Below, one piece after another: positions 48,383 to 58,951 of a DNA stretch of 64,000 bases. Source of the stretch: a virus. Position 1 is the first letter of the stretch. Each line of letters begins with the position of its first letter. The stretch covers positions 8,122-72,121 of IMG/VR virus record IMGVR_UViG_3300028800_000009. One strand, given 5' to 3'. Position numbers and translations under genes: made by a program. Below the pieces are notes generated by a model. The model saw only the letters and a list, made by a program, of their open reading frames with translations, did no database searches and was not told the DNA's origin.

Positions 48383-49462
48383 TTAGATGCCGATCATCGT
48401 TGCCATGGCGAAGAGCTGGCGGCCGATAAAGCCATACGAGCCCGAGGTCATCTTCTGTTTGAAGGACGACATATCGGGGACGACGCGGTGGGTCCGGAGC
48501 TTCTCTGTATAGGCGAGCCACCCGGTTTCCTGGTTGTCGACCTCCGGCGCAATCAGCTGGCACATCTCGCCGGCAGCGACGCCCTGGGGGTTCTGAGCCG
48601 TGATCGCGCCGTACTGGATCGCGTTGACGATCTCTAGGTTCGGGTAGTTGTCCTTAAGGAGGAGCTTCACGTTGACATTGAACGAGTTCGTCGCGGTGAG
48701 CGCGCCCTCGCGGGACGGCGAGAGGGCGAGCTTAAACTTGCTCTTCGTATCGATGTTGCCGACCGACTGCGAAATGAGCGTGTTCACCAGGGTCTGGATG
48801 TCCTGGAAAATCTCGTTCGCCGTCGCGTTCGGCGCATTGCCGACGAGCCAGGTGAGGCCGCCGTTCGATTTCGGCGCCGGCGCAATCGCCGGATTGAGGT
48901 TCGGATCGGTCTGGATGCCGTAGAGCTGGAGTCCAAGGAGGCCTTTGAAGGCGAGCAGGTTCTCGAACTTCCCGAGGACGTCCGCCGCAGCTCCCTGTAT
49001 CTCGGTCGCCCAGGAGATCTTCGCGAGGCCGGCGCGGTCCAGCTCCAGCTCACCCCACTGGCATACGGTCTGGAAGAGATACGGCTGGCGCGTCTCGAAG
49101 TTCGCGTTCGCCGTCGTCGTGCCAGTATTCTGGAAGTCGCCGTACGAGGAGACGGCGCCCCCGCGCTCAACGACCGGGAAGATCGCCGACTCAGTAGTCC
49201 AGTTGCCCTTCTTGACCTCGTCGAAGATCAGCTTGGCGTTGTTGTTCGCCTGGCGGATGCGGAGGATCGCCGGGTCGATAATCGTCGTGAGGAATGCCGG
49301 GATACCCGAGCTTGGCGTCGTCACCAATTGGGGCTGGGCGTCCATCGCGAGGTCGAAGTTCTCGGCCCACTCGGGCTCGAGGAACGCCTTGACCCCGGGG
49401 AAGTGGTAGCCGTCCCGCTCGAAGGAGCGGAGGAGGCGTTGTGCGTCGTATTCCATTTTCAT
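48383..49462 (-). CDS. Major capsid protein (DUF2184-like)
   Basis: RBS AAGGAG; AMDAQP.L.T, KKGNW, SYGD, WGELEL, EKLR.H. Confidence 0.9.
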   Translation of the reverse strand: MKMEYDAQRLLRSFERDGYHFPGVKAFLEPEWAENFDLAMDAQPQLVTTPSSGIPAFLTTIIDPAILRIRQANNNAKLIFDEVKKGNWTTESAIFPVVERGGAVSSYGDFQNTGTTTANANFETRQPYLFQTVCQWGELELDRAGLAKISWATEIQGAAADVLGKFENLLAFKGLLGLQLYGIQTDPNLNPAIAPAPKSNGGLTWLVGNAPNATANEIFQDIQTLVNTLISQSVGNIDTKSKFKLALSPSREGALTATNSFNVNVKLLLKDNYPNLEIVNAIQYGAITAQNPQGVAAGEMCQLIAPEVDNQETGWLAYTEKLRTHRVVPDMSSFKQKMTSGSYGFIGRQLFAMATMIGI

Positions 49463-49487
49463 TTGCTCCTTAAGGGGAAGGTTAGGC

Positions 49488-50660
49488 TCAGCCGAGCGGG
49501 GTCGAGCTAATAGCGACCAGCTCGCCCGGGGCCGCGTTGTTCCCGGCCGGGGCAACGACCCACTTCGTCTCGACGCCGGCGAGGATCGAGCCCGAGGTAT
49601 CGCCCGCGCCGGTCGCGTTACTGATGACGTACGTCCCGGTCTTGCCGATGCCGGTCGTCCCGCCCGTGCCGAACGGGAGGATAAACGGCGCGCCGGTCGA
49701 GGAGGTCGTCGAAACCGTCTCGCTAGGCGCGAGCGTACCGGACGTGAGCGTCGTGACCGTGAGCAGGCCGCCCGAGCCGGTCGCGGTCGCGGTCGACGCG
49801 AGGGTCTGGGCGATCGAGAGCGGGTAGGTACCGGCACCCCCGGTACCCGTGCCGCCGGCAAGGATCGTCGTCCCCGCGGTAAAGGCGTTCGAGCCACCCG
49901 AGAGGGTCTGGCCCGGGTAGAGGACGCCCGAAGTCATGCTGGTCACCGTCAGCCAGCCGCCCGAGCCGGTGATGGCCGTGCCGGTCGGTACGGACTGGGA
50001 GATCGAGACGGTGTAGGTCCCGGTCGAACCGGCCGTACCGGTAAGCTGAGAGACGATCGTCGTATTCGGATCGATCCCGGTCCCGGAGAGCGTCTGGCCC
50101 GGGTAGAGGCCACCGGTCGTGATCGTCGCGACGGTAAGGACCGTACCCGCAATACCGCCGACGAAGGTATTCGCCGCAGCCGAACTGACGTTGAGCGTGT
50201 TCGCCGCGATCGTAAGTACGGAGATCGAGGCGGCGGTCGGGGGCGAGCCCGAGGCGGCGAAGGACGCGAGTCCGGTCGTAAAGTTCGCGTAGACTTTCTG
50301 GCCGGCGAGCGCAGTCGTCGAGCCGTTGTTCCGGACGTAGTAGTCCCCGGCGGAGAAGCACGACACGAACGAGCCCGCGAGGATCGTCATCGAGGCGTCC
50401 GGGTAGCCGGGGCCGGGCGTAACGATGTCGGCGCGGAGGCCCTCGCGCTGAACGAACCCGGTGACCGGACCCGACCCGAAGCTGTTCAGCAGGGTAAAGG
50501 TCGGGTCGGCCCACGCGAAGGCGCCGACGGTAAGGCCGGCCGCGCCCGCGAGGAAGGCGCCGACGCCGGCGACGACGGAATAGGCGTTTTCGTTCGCGGA
50601 CGCGCGGTCGCCTTCGACCGCAATCGCCGGTTGAACATTCACAAGCTTTGGAAAGCCCAT
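49488..50660 (-). CDS. Capsid cement/decoration protein with inserted tandem domains
   Basis: F...VN.QPA.AVEGD.AS.N start; internal LTV...GxLYPGQTL repeats. Confidence 0.75.
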   Translation of the reverse strand: MGFPKLVNVQPAIAVEGDRASANENAYSVVAGVGAFLAGAAGLTVGAFAWADPTFTLLNSFGSGPVTGFVQREGLRADIVTPGPGYPDASMTILAGSFVSCFSAGDYYVRNNGSTTALAGQKVYANFTTGLASFAASGSPPTAASISVLTIAANTLNVSSAAANTFVGGIAGTVLTVATITTGGLYPGQTLSGTGIDPNTTIVSQLTGTAGSTGTYTVSISQSVPTGTAITGSGGWLTVTSMTSGVLYPGQTLSGGSNAFTAGTTILAGGTGTGGAGTYPLSIAQTLASTATATGSGGLLTVTTLTSGTLAPSETVSTTSSTGAPFILPFGTGGTTGIGKTGTYVISNATGAGDTSGSILAGVETKWVVAPAGNNAAPGELVAISSTPLG

Positions 50661-50692
50661 ATGAGTATCTCCTTCGGAGTTTTAGGGCGGGA

Positions 50693-52486
50693 TCACGCGC
50701 CGAGGTTGCGGACGCGGCTCGGCGTAATGCCGAAGTCTTTCTCGAACTGCTGGCGCTCGGTAACGAGAGCCGCGTCGTTCGCGTGGCGCGGGAAGAGCGT
50801 CTTCGCCGCCTCCTTGGCCTTGACGAGGATCGCCACCATCGCCGGGAAGGCACTCGAGTCGACGCCATCGATCGCGATGTCATTGGCCTTGAGCGCGGCG
50901 GCGTAGATCGCGGAGGCGGAATCCATCGCGACGCCGACTTCGCCGATGAGCGGGAAGACTGCCTTCTCGGCCGCCCGGATGTCGGCGAGGGTCTTCAGCG
51001 TTTCGTCGCGCGTCTCCTTCCGGACTTTCGCGATTGCGGCGTCCATCGCCTTCTCGGTAACACCGGCAGGCTCGCCGGGCTTCGGCGATTCCTTATCCTT
51101 CGCTGCTTTATCCAAAGCTTCTTTCTCCTTGCGCGCTTTCTCCGCGGGGGATTCGTCTTCGACGGCGTCTTCGGGCATCATGTCCATGACCTCCTTACAG
51201 GAAGCCTCGTCCATACCCTTCGCCTTAAGGTACTCCATAACCTTCGCCTTCGCGCCGGCCGGAGCCACCGCGGCGCTCGGGTCTGTGACGGTCCCGGGCT
51301 GAGCCTCGTCCATCTCGGCGGGCTCGGCCTCGGTCTGCTCGCCCACGAGGTCGAGGATACGCATCATCACGTCGTCCGGGCCGACGCCGCCGGAAGCCTT
51401 CGCCTCCGGGGTCATCATCGGCTCGGCGGCGTCGCGCGCGAGTTTGACGATAGCGGCGCGCTTCTCCTTCAAGTTCTTCCGCGTCACGTCCTTCAGACCC
51501 GGCGCGAGGGCCTTCGCGAACTTCGGCATCGCGTCCGCCGCCAACTTCGGGAGCACGTAAGCGCACAGCGCTCCCTGGGTCCGCGCGGCCGTCCGCGAGA
51601 GGACTGCTACTTTCATATCTTGCTCCTGTTTGATGGCTTCGTCGCCGACGAGGACGTCAGGCCCGGCGCGGCCCTTCTCTACCAATGCAACGTGGTTGCC
51701 CACTATGTCGCGCATGACGCCGTCGTACGGCGTCCCTTCGTAGTAGCCCGGGGACATGTCCGGGCGGTAGTGATACGAACAGGACAACTCACGCTTCGAT
51801 TCGTCCTCGACGCCGTCAATCGCGTACTGGGGCCAAATAGATATGGCGTTGTCAAGGTACGGGTGGTTGTAGACGGCGCTCGTCCCGGCCGAGCCTACGA
51901 CGTCGTTCAGCTTCGGGTCGTCGGCGGACGTCGAGACGTGGGTCTTCATCAACGGGACGCCGTTAAAGGTCGGCGCAGCTTTCTCCAGCTCCTTCGGGTC
52001 GCGGAGGAGCTGGTAAACGCGCTCGGGATCGAGCCCGAGCTTCTGCCATCCCGGTATCTCGTGACCGATATAGGGACAAACCCCAGCCTTGGAGATATGG
52101 GTCGATTCGAGGTGGAGCCGCCCGTCCTTGTCGTAGACCCGCGCCGACGACTTATCGTAGGCAAGGTCGACGGGAAGAGGACCAAGCGCAAGCGCCCGAG
52201 CGCGCTCGGCCATATCGCGGGAAACAAAGGGTCCGATCGCACGATCGGCGGCGAGGCGGACGTGCCAGCCGTCTTCGGCGTGCTCCGGCTCGTCGGCCTC
52301 CTCGGAGAAGAATTTCACGAGGCCCGAGACGAGGCCGTCCCAGTCCTCGGGTTTCATATCCTTCGCGGCCTTCCCCGCCTCCCGGTAGGCGATTGCGGCG
52401 GCCTGAGAGCGCTTATGCCCGGCCTTGATCAGCTCGCCGATATTCGCGCTGATAACTTCCTGGGAATGGCCGGACCTAATGGGCAT
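50693..52486 (-). CDS. Prohead protease/scaffold (DUF2213-like)
   Basis: DGRLH...ISKA.VCPY.G.EIP, ELSCSY, GNHVALV..GRAG.DV.V.D. Confidence 0.9.
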   Translation of the reverse strand: MPIRSGHSQEVISANIGELIKAGHKRSQAAAIAYREAGKAAKDMKPEDWDGLVSGLVKFFSEEADEPEHAEDGWHVRLAADRAIGPFVSRDMAERARALALGPLPVDLAYDKSSARVYDKDGRLHLESTHISKAGVCPYIGHEIPGWQKLGLDPERVYQLLRDPKELEKAAPTFNGVPLMKTHVSTSADDPKLNDVVGSAGTSAVYNHPYLDNAISIWPQYAIDGVEDESKRELSCSYHYRPDMSPGYYEGTPYDGVMRDIVGNHVALVEKGRAGPDVLVGDEAIKQEQDMKVAVLSRTAARTQGALCAYVLPKLAADAMPKFAKALAPGLKDVTRKNLKEKRAAIVKLARDAAEPMMTPEAKASGGVGPDDVMMRILDLVGEQTEAEPAEMDEAQPGTVTDPSAAVAPAGAKAKVMEYLKAKGMDEASCKEVMDMMPEDAVEDESPAEKARKEKEALDKAAKDKESPKPGEPAGVTEKAMDAAIAKVRKETRDETLKTLADIRAAEKAVFPLIGEVGVAMDSASAIYAAALKANDIAIDGVDSSAFPAMVAILVKAKEAAKTLFPRHANDAALVTERQQFEKDFGITPSRVRNLGA

Positions 52487-53717
52487 CAGAGCGGCTTCAC
52501 GACGGAGACGGGCGGCGCGACGTAGCGGCCGTACTGATCCTGCGCGACCTGGAACGACACGACGAGGCCGTCGGCCTTCGCCTCGTTCATGATCGCTGCC
52601 AGATCAAGAAGGAGCGGCCCCAAACGCCTACGGTAGGACTCGGCGCGCGAGGCGTCGGTCCTCAAATCCTCGGGATCGAGTTCGGTCAGAGCCATCAGCA
52701 ATGGTGCTCGCAAGGCATCCGGTAGAACAATTGGGCCGAACGGCTTGCGATCCGGAGGAGTTCGGGCGAGCGCATCCCCAGCTCGTGCCATCCGTAGACG
52801 TAGTCCGCGGACGCGCCCCTCAGCATCATCGGCACGGTTAGCGGATCGAGACCCACCGATCGCGGGACGAGGCGGAAGAGCGAGCCGTCCGGGAACGCGA
52901 GGCCAAGGCTCACGGAGCCGGGGGTGCTACCGCCGCAAGCGCGGCCTGGGCCTCGGTAACGACGGCCGCGGTCGACGCTTCGACGTCGGTCGAGAGCTTC
53001 GCAAGCGCGGCGAGCTGATCAGGCGTCGCACCGGCCGCGGTAGCCGCCGCGACCGCCGCTGCGATTTGGGCCGGGATACCCTGGACCGCCGCGACGAGCG
53101 GTCCGACCGCCGCCGCAAGGTTCGTTACCGAAGCGGCAAGCGCCACGTCGTCGGCCGAAAGTTTTGCGATCGCGTCGTCGATTTGGGTCATAATTCTCTC
53201 CTCGGTTTGAAAGATAAGTTGCGCTAGAATTAAACTATCGCGGTTCGCGAATGCGCCCCATAGCAGTTTGCTATCCTCGCGCGTGATCAAGCGATGCTCC
53301 TCGCGATCCTGACCGGGAGCGGTGGAAGCTCGAACTTCCAGCCCAGGCAGTCGTACTTGCCGCAATTGCAGGGGACGGCGTCATATTCAAGCTTGCCCAT
53401 CTTGAAGCCAGTCGCGGTCTTGAACTTGAACGATAGGCCGCTCTTCGTCAGGAATTGCTCGACGAACTCGTCGCGGGTCATGCCGCGGTAAGTTCCATCG
53501 ATGGAGTCGCCGTAAGCCTATATCCGAAACCCCACCGTACATCGATGGTATACCCCTTCGAACGGATTCGGCTAATATATACTCGCAGCGTATGCTCCGG
53601 ACTATCCACGTTGCGGTTATCCCAAATCGCACAAAGTTCGCTCGTCGTATGAAACTTCGGCGAGGACGCGAGTACCGCGACGATTTTCGCTTCCATCTGG
53701 GTCAGGTGCATGTGCAT
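52486..53717 (-). CDS. Run of small ORFs (52486-52791, 52695-52913, 52910-53191, 53287-53481, 53478-53717); the last is winged-HTH-like
   Basis: Coupled - strand ORFs; 53478-53717 has LT..E.KI...LRVYISRIR.K...I...WG.GYRL (OmpR-type wHTH). Confidence 0.55.
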
Positions 53718-53721
53718 GGCT

Positions 53722-54510
53722 CTAGAATCCCGGTATAACGGAGCGTGAAACGCAGCGGCAGTTGATCAACTCGCCGGGGAAGATATACTCGCCCTCGTCT
53801 GGATCGTACCAACCCTTCTTAACGTCGTAGCGGACCTTGTTACGCCCCGCCTTAAGGTGACTCGGCCGCGGGTGCTTTCCGCCGCCTGAATGAACCCATA
53901 CCGCTTCGATTACACCTAACTCAGTTTGTCGCACGCGCGTCAGCGTAGCCGTCGCCTTGTTGTTCTGGTCCCGCGCGATAAGCGCCGCGCGCCGCTTCGC
54001 GACGCCGAGCTGCTCCCGAAGATCGTCGGAGAGCTGCTTAAGGTCCCGGCCCGTCGTGACCGAGCGGAGGACCATCCCCTCGACCTGGGTCAGGTACGCG
54101 GCCGGGATCGAGCGGATCAACCCGACCTGCTCGCCGATCGTCGCCGAAAGAACATCGTTCATCGTCCGCGTCATCTTAAAGCGGACCGAGAAGCCGGCCT
54201 TCTTCAGGATCGCGCGGAGCGTGCGGTCGGAGCGGTCGACGACGTCCTTCGCGAAGTGATCGGCCAGATCGAGCGCCGCGTCGTCGAAACGGGACTGCCA
54301 CCGGTCGGCGAGTTCCTTCATCGCCTTACGCAGGCCGGCGGCCGGGCTCTCGTCCGCGGCCATCTCCGGAGGGTTCGCGTTCCACTGGGCCGTTACCCAG
54401 TAACAGAACGAGCGGTGCATTTCCTCGACCAACGCCACGAGCCGACGCCGGAACTCGGCTTCAAGGCCGAGGTTCGGGCGGACAGGCGCGAGGAGCTTGT
54501 TGCGGGTCAT
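53722..54510 (-). CDS. Minor head protein (SPP1 gp7/Mu F-like)
   Basis: RAALIARDQ, PR.SH, PGELINCRC. Confidence 0.9.
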   Translation of the reverse strand: MTRNKLLAPVRPNLGLEAEFRRRLVALVEEMHRSFCYWVTAQWNANPPEMAADESPAAGLRKAMKELADRWQSRFDDAALDLADHFAKDVVDRSDRTLRAILKKAGFSVRFKMTRTMNDVLSATIGEQVGLIRSIPAAYLTQVEGMVLRSVTTGRDLKQLSDDLREQLGVAKRRAALIARDQNNKATATLTRVRQTELGVIEAVWVHSGGGKHPRPSHLKAGRNKVRYDVKKGWYDPDEGEYIFPGELINCRCVSRSVIPGF

Positions 54511-54525
54511 CCTAGCTTTACTTCC

Positions 54526-54900
54526 TTATCCGCCTTCCGATTTAGACTTACTACGCTTATTGGCTTCGGAAATTGCCCTTGATAAACCAAGATTAGGTCC
54601 AGGCCCTTCTCCGATACTAGCAACTCGCGTTGCCACAGTCGGACCATTTTTATAGACCTCATAGAACCCTTTAGGATGTTTCATGACGTAATGAGTCTTA
54701 TCTGGTGACTCGTGTAAGATTCTATGCTCTTGAGATTTATTATTTCTACCAGCTTTATGCGACGTCGAACCTCCTCCGCTTGTGAACTGCCCATTACTAG
54801 GATCGTGCTTCGTCTCGGCGTCCATCGCAAGGCGGCGTTGGCGCTGTTCGTCGGAAAGAAAACCTGCCATCGCGGTCTGGGTCGAGGTATATTCAGTCAT
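54526..54900 (-). CDS. Small basic protein, possible internal head protein
   Basis: AMD motif followed by HDPSNGQFTSGGG; lower-GC C-terminal half. Confidence 0.6.
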   Translation of the reverse strand: MTEYTSTQTAMAGFLSDEQRQRRLAMDAETKHDPSNGQFTSGGGSTSHKAGRNNKSQEHRILHESPDKTHYVMKHPKGFYEVYKNGPTVATRVASIGEGPGPNLGLSRAISEANKRSKSKSEGG

Positions 54901-56591
54901 TCCCTAGCTCCTCGCTCGGCGCGCTCCAGCGCGCGGCCCGAAGCGGGGCGCTTCAGACTGGCGCGAGCCCTATCAGTTCGCGGGTCATCGCCGGACGGAT
55001 CGATATTCCGCGATTCTTCACGCGGGTCTCGGCCACGGTCTTCCCGAGGATCACGCGCCCCCAATTGCCCGACGATCGTCGAGAGGTCCGGCGACCCTTC
55101 CCCAGTCTCATCATCAGGCTGCTCCGGAACCTTGTCAATGTCGATCGACGAGTAGCGGCTGTCCTCCTCGGACGCAATCGTCTTGCGGACCTCCATCGCG
55201 TCGATCGAACCCATCTCACTATAGACCGCGTCGGTATCGGCGTCGATCTTCCGTATCTCCGCCTTCTCCTTCTCGGTCATCGCCCAGAGCGGCTGCCAGA
55301 CGAAGCCGAGATCGGGGTCAATCTTGCCCCAGAGGTTCATCTGGAGAATCTCGATAACCCGTTGGAGGTTCGGCGAGCCGACGCGCTCCTGGGTCGAAGC
55401 TATCGAGTCGTAATAGACGCGGACCTCGCCGTCAGATGACGCGTTAAGGCCCGACGGCGTGATTCCGAAGAGTTTGACCAGCGGTACCCCGGCCGGGAAC
55501 GCCATTTGCTCCTCGGCTTGCGCCTGTAGCTCGGAGAGCCCGGAGAGTGGCGCCGCGACGATCTTAAAGTCCTCCTTGTTTTTATCCGCGACGAGAAGGC
55601 CCTGGTTATCCCTCATCGTGTTATAGACGGCGGCACGCTCGGCGAGGAGGGCGGCGCCACCCTTGTTCGTCGTCAGATCCATATCCGTCTGAAGGACCGG
55701 CGTTGAGAAGTTACTCGTAATGTCCGAGATCGCTTGGCGCGTCCGAAGCCAATTCTCGACGTACGGCTTCATCAACTGGGTAAGCGAGAGGCCACCGAAC
55801 TGGTAGGCCGGCTTGAGGAGGTCTGGTACCGGACGTGAGCAGAACGAGAGGAGCCGAGAGGAGTGAACCTTCTGACCGTTCACGTACCAGTTGATCGGCC
55901 GGTAGAAGTCCGGCGAGAGCGGGTTGCGTGCGTCGTACTCGACGGGATACGTCCAAATCGGCTCGACCGTACGGAAGCCCTTCAGGCTCCCCTTAGCGAT
56001 CTTGACGTCGCTGAGGAGCGGCGTCGCAAGCTCCGGCCCCTCGTACTTACCGAGGTCAATAAAAAGGTGGCCGATCCCGTACTGGTTATCCATCTCGAAC
56101 GCGCGACGGAAGAGGTCTTGGATCGAGAAACGCTTCGTCTCCGCGTCGAGCGCCTTGATCTCCTCCGTCTTATCTGCGTTCGAGACCGAGACGAGCTTGA
56201 CCCATTTCCGGGTCATATCGTCGGCGAGGATCGTCGCCGGCCGACGGAACTCGGTTATTTGCCCCAGCTCCGAGAGCAGCGCGTAGCCCATGAAGCTAAA
56301 GCCGTCCCACGCGCCCTGGACCTCGCCGAACCGCGTTATATCGGCCGGCGACCAATCCATCGCGAGGAGCGTTCTCTCGTCGACCTCGGACGGGACGACG
56401 CCCGGGAACGGGCGCGGACGCTTGTGTTCGTGAACGCCGTTCCAGCCGATCGGGGCGAAGACCTCGCGGTCGACCGGAACAGCGCCGACTAGCTCGGCGA
56501 TATTCGCGCGGCGCCCGGGAGCTGTCGTCGCGACGACCTTCGTCGTCGGCACCGGCTTACGGCGGAAGAGACGCGCGAAGGGCCAACTCAT
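54897..56591 (-). CDS. Portal protein (DUF1073-like)
   Basis: FMGY..L.EL.Q, LKPAYQFGG.S, PLSGL, KLFGITPSGLNASSDGE. Confidence 0.9.
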   Translation of the reverse strand: MSWPFARLFRRKPVPTTKVVATTAPGRRANIAELVGAVPVDREVFAPIGWNGVHEHKRPRPFPGVVPSEVDERTLLAMDWSPADITRFGEVQGAWDGFSFMGYALLSELGQITEFRRPATILADDMTRKWVKLVSVSNADKTEEIKALDAETKRFSIQDLFRRAFEMDNQYGIGHLFIDLGKYEGPELATPLLSDVKIAKGSLKGFRTVEPIWTYPVEYDARNPLSPDFYRPINWYVNGQKVHSSRLLSFCSRPVPDLLKPAYQFGGLSLTQLMKPYVENWLRTRQAISDITSNFSTPVLQTDMDLTTNKGGAALLAERAAVYNTMRDNQGLLVADKNKEDFKIVAAPLSGLSELQAQAEEQMAFPAGVPLVKLFGITPSGLNASSDGEVRVYYDSIASTQERVGSPNLQRVIEILQMNLWGKIDPDLGFVWQPLWAMTEKEKAEIRKIDADTDAVYSEMGSIDAMEVRKTIASEEDSRYSSIDIDKVPEQPDDETGEGSPDLSTIVGQLGARDPREDRGRDPREESRNIDPSGDDPRTDRARASLKRPASGRALERAERGARE

Positions 56592-58246
56592 CGCCGACGA
56601 GCCGTCAGGCGGGCCAGTTCGGTCGAAAACTCCTTCGTTACCTTCATACCCTTCTTTACCTTCGCGAACCGGATCATCACCGCGTCGTAGAGGTTCGGAG
56701 AGCGGGCTCCGTTGGGTTTCTTATCGATGAGGTATTTCCCGGCCCCATTCTTCGAGTAGGTAGGCTGGGATAGCTCAACCGTAAGTTGCGATAGGACCGG
56801 GATCGAGGAGGAGATCGAGATAAGCTCATCCTGATCCCAATCCTTAAAAGTCGGATCGGTAACGGCCCGAAACGTGGTCTGGAAGCGCGTCCGTAACGCC
56901 CACGCGGACTGAGCCTTCGCGTTCGCGAACGCATCCTCGTTCGGTACGCCCTCGATATCCTCGGCGAGCGGATCGACGATCTCCCCCGAGCCGCGAAACG
57001 CCGTGACCTCGATCTCACGGCCCTTGCGCCTCTCGTTAATTACCCGCGCGTCGCCGCGGACACCCGCACCGAGGCCATCGCCGTCGTAGCGGAATTCCTT
57101 GTAGCCGCGCACGTCGCAGATGAAGAATGCGCGCTGAACCGTCGAGAAGATATCGTCGCCCTTACCGCTCCAGTCCTCGACGTGCTCGACGACGACGCCG
57201 GTCGCGCCACAAAACGCGTTAAGGTCGATACCCTCGTCAGCGACGTCGAGCGCGCCAAGCTTAACGCCGGTAGGCCTGAAGCCGAGTTTTAAATGAGCAT
57301 CGATCGCGGCCTGGACCCACGGACTCGGGATCAGAACGCCCTCGACCGAGGCCGAGTAGTCGATATCGATCTCCTGGGCGACGACGACCGGATTCTTGAT
57401 CCGCGCCTTCGCGGCCTCGTACCAAGCGTCGTCCTTCCGCGGATCATCACGCCAATGGAACGTGAAAACGTCCTCGGGCGGATAGGAGAACCGCTTCTCC
57501 GCGAACGGGTTCGCTCGGCCGTTAACCGAGCTGATGTCAATGCGGCAGTTCGTCGTCATCGAGAGTGAGAAATCGACGAGAAGCGGGTGCTCAAGATGGG
57601 CCGACTCGTCGACGATATAGAAGGATCGCCGATCGCCACGGCCGATATTATCGCCAACCTCGCCGCCGATCATCGAACCTGTCTCGGGAAATCTCATCTG
57701 CATATACGGTGCGTCGCGGGCCTCTTCCCATCCCCCACGGAACTCGGGCGGTAGGTTCCTCGCGAAAATACGCCCCTTGACGAAGATCGACTTCGGCTCG
57801 CCGATCTTATCGACGTAATCCGCGAGACGTGAACCGAACCCGATCGAGAGCCCGTCGTTAAAGATCGAGACCGTCACGGCGAACGCGATCGTTAGCCACG
57901 ATTCACCGACCTCGCGGGATTTATCAGAGATACCCGAACGCGCATTACGCCAATGATCATGAAGCCACTCTAAGAATTCGCGCTGGCGCTTAAAGAGGAC
58001 GAACGGTACAAGCGCCGGAAGATTCCTCTGGGTCGGGTTGCGCGGATCGAAGGTCATCCCCCAGTCGTTAACGAACTCGACGGGGTTCGCGCGGTAGTAG
58101 GCCCGAAGAGCTGGGAGTACGGAGGGTGGTCTTCCCTCCCTCCGCTCCTCCTCGACCGCCGCGCGGATGCGCGCGAGCGCTTCGATCCGAGCCTTTAGGA
58201 TTGGCGTATAGTCCGGGTTCTTAAAGTCGAACTCGCCGTAGTCCAC
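56588..58246 (-). CDS. terL: Terminase large subunit
   Basis: KSREVG Walker A variant, VDESA Walker B, LDVADEG.D nuclease motif, SPNLYDA. Confidence 0.92.
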   Translation of the reverse strand: MDYGEFDFKNPDYTPILKARIEALARIRAAVEEERREGRPPSVLPALRAYYRANPVEFVNDWGMTFDPRNPTQRNLPALVPFVLFKRQREFLEWLHDHWRNARSGISDKSREVGESWLTIAFAVTVSIFNDGLSIGFGSRLADYVDKIGEPKSIFVKGRIFARNLPPEFRGGWEEARDAPYMQMRFPETGSMIGGEVGDNIGRGDRRSFYIVDESAHLEHPLLVDFSLSMTTNCRIDISSVNGRANPFAEKRFSYPPEDVFTFHWRDDPRKDDAWYEAAKARIKNPVVVAQEIDIDYSASVEGVLIPSPWVQAAIDAHLKLGFRPTGVKLGALDVADEGIDLNAFCGATGVVVEHVEDWSGKGDDIFSTVQRAFFICDVRGYKEFRYDGDGLGAGVRGDARVINERRKGREIEVTAFRGSGEIVDPLAEDIEGVPNEDAFANAKAQSAWALRTRFQTTFRAVTDPTFKDWDQDELISISSSIPVLSQLTVELSQPTYSKNGAGKYLIDKKPNGARSPNLYDAVMIRFAKVKKGMKVTKEFSTELARLTARRR

Positions 58247-58247
58247 A

Positions 58248-58769
58248 CTAGCGGCCGGCGACGAGCTTTAAATAATGCTTTGTTAGTTCCTCCGGCGTAT
58301 TCGCCGGCATCGGGAGGACGTTCGAGGTCGAGCCTTCGGGCGGCGCTGGTGCGCCGAAGAAGCCATCGTCGGCCATGTTCCGCATCGCGATAGCCAGCAT
58401 CCGGGGATGGCAATACGGCGCGGCCTTAACCGCGCACGATTGAAGCTTATCGCGCGCCTGAATAAGATTGTCGATCGCCGCCTCGCGCTCTCTCATCGCA
58501 GCATCCCATTTCTTCTGGTACTTCTTCTGGGCCGCCTCGTCGAGATATTGCTTATCGTCCTCGGAGTAGGCGAGAGAATTTTCCCAAGTCCGGATAGCCT
58601 CTTTGTCGAACCACGCGGCGCGGCGCGCCCAAAACAACATGTTGTCCAGCAGGAAGTCCCGCGGCGTACGCCCGCTCGCCTCTAACGCGCGGAGGCGCGA
58701 GCGGTCGCGCAGGGTCGGCGGCGGGATATCTAGCTGCTGGAAGCCTACTTGACGTTCCATCGGACTCAT
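58248..58769 (-). CDS. Terminase small subunit (putative)
   Basis: Directly upstream of terL; TP.DFLL..M and AAPYCHPR motifs. Confidence 0.7.
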   Translation of the reverse strand: MSPMERQVGFQQLDIPPPTLRDRSRLRALEASGRTPRDFLLDNMLFWARRAAWFDKEAIRTWENSLAYSEDDKQYLDEAAQKKYQKKWDAAMREREAAIDNLIQARDKLQSCAVKAAPYCHPRMLAIAMRNMADDGFFGAPAPPEGSTSNVLPMPANTPEELTKHYLKLVAGR

Positions 58770-58918
58770 AAGCTTTTAGGGATGAGGCGCCCCGCGTCCC
58801 CCCAAAGTCGTCACCCTTTCTAGGGGACCTCTGAGGTGGTAGGCCGGGAAAAAGTTCGAGGAGCTACCGGCCGTACTTTCGGTAGGGGAGTCCTACCATA
58901 CTCATACAAGATGAAGTC

Positions 58919-58948
58919 TTTATACGCTAAAAACGCACGAAACGTAAA
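58919..58948 (-). promoter_or_regulatory. Putative late promoter upstream of the terminase genes
   Basis: - strand TTTACG-18-TATAAA followed by a leader with two hairpins. Confidence 0.55.
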
Positions 58949-58951
58949 GAA

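Noticed and set aside
50648-52525. 625-aa + strand ORF and other long antisense ORFs
   Set aside because: They are shadows of well-supported genes on the opposite strand, expected in high-GC DNA.
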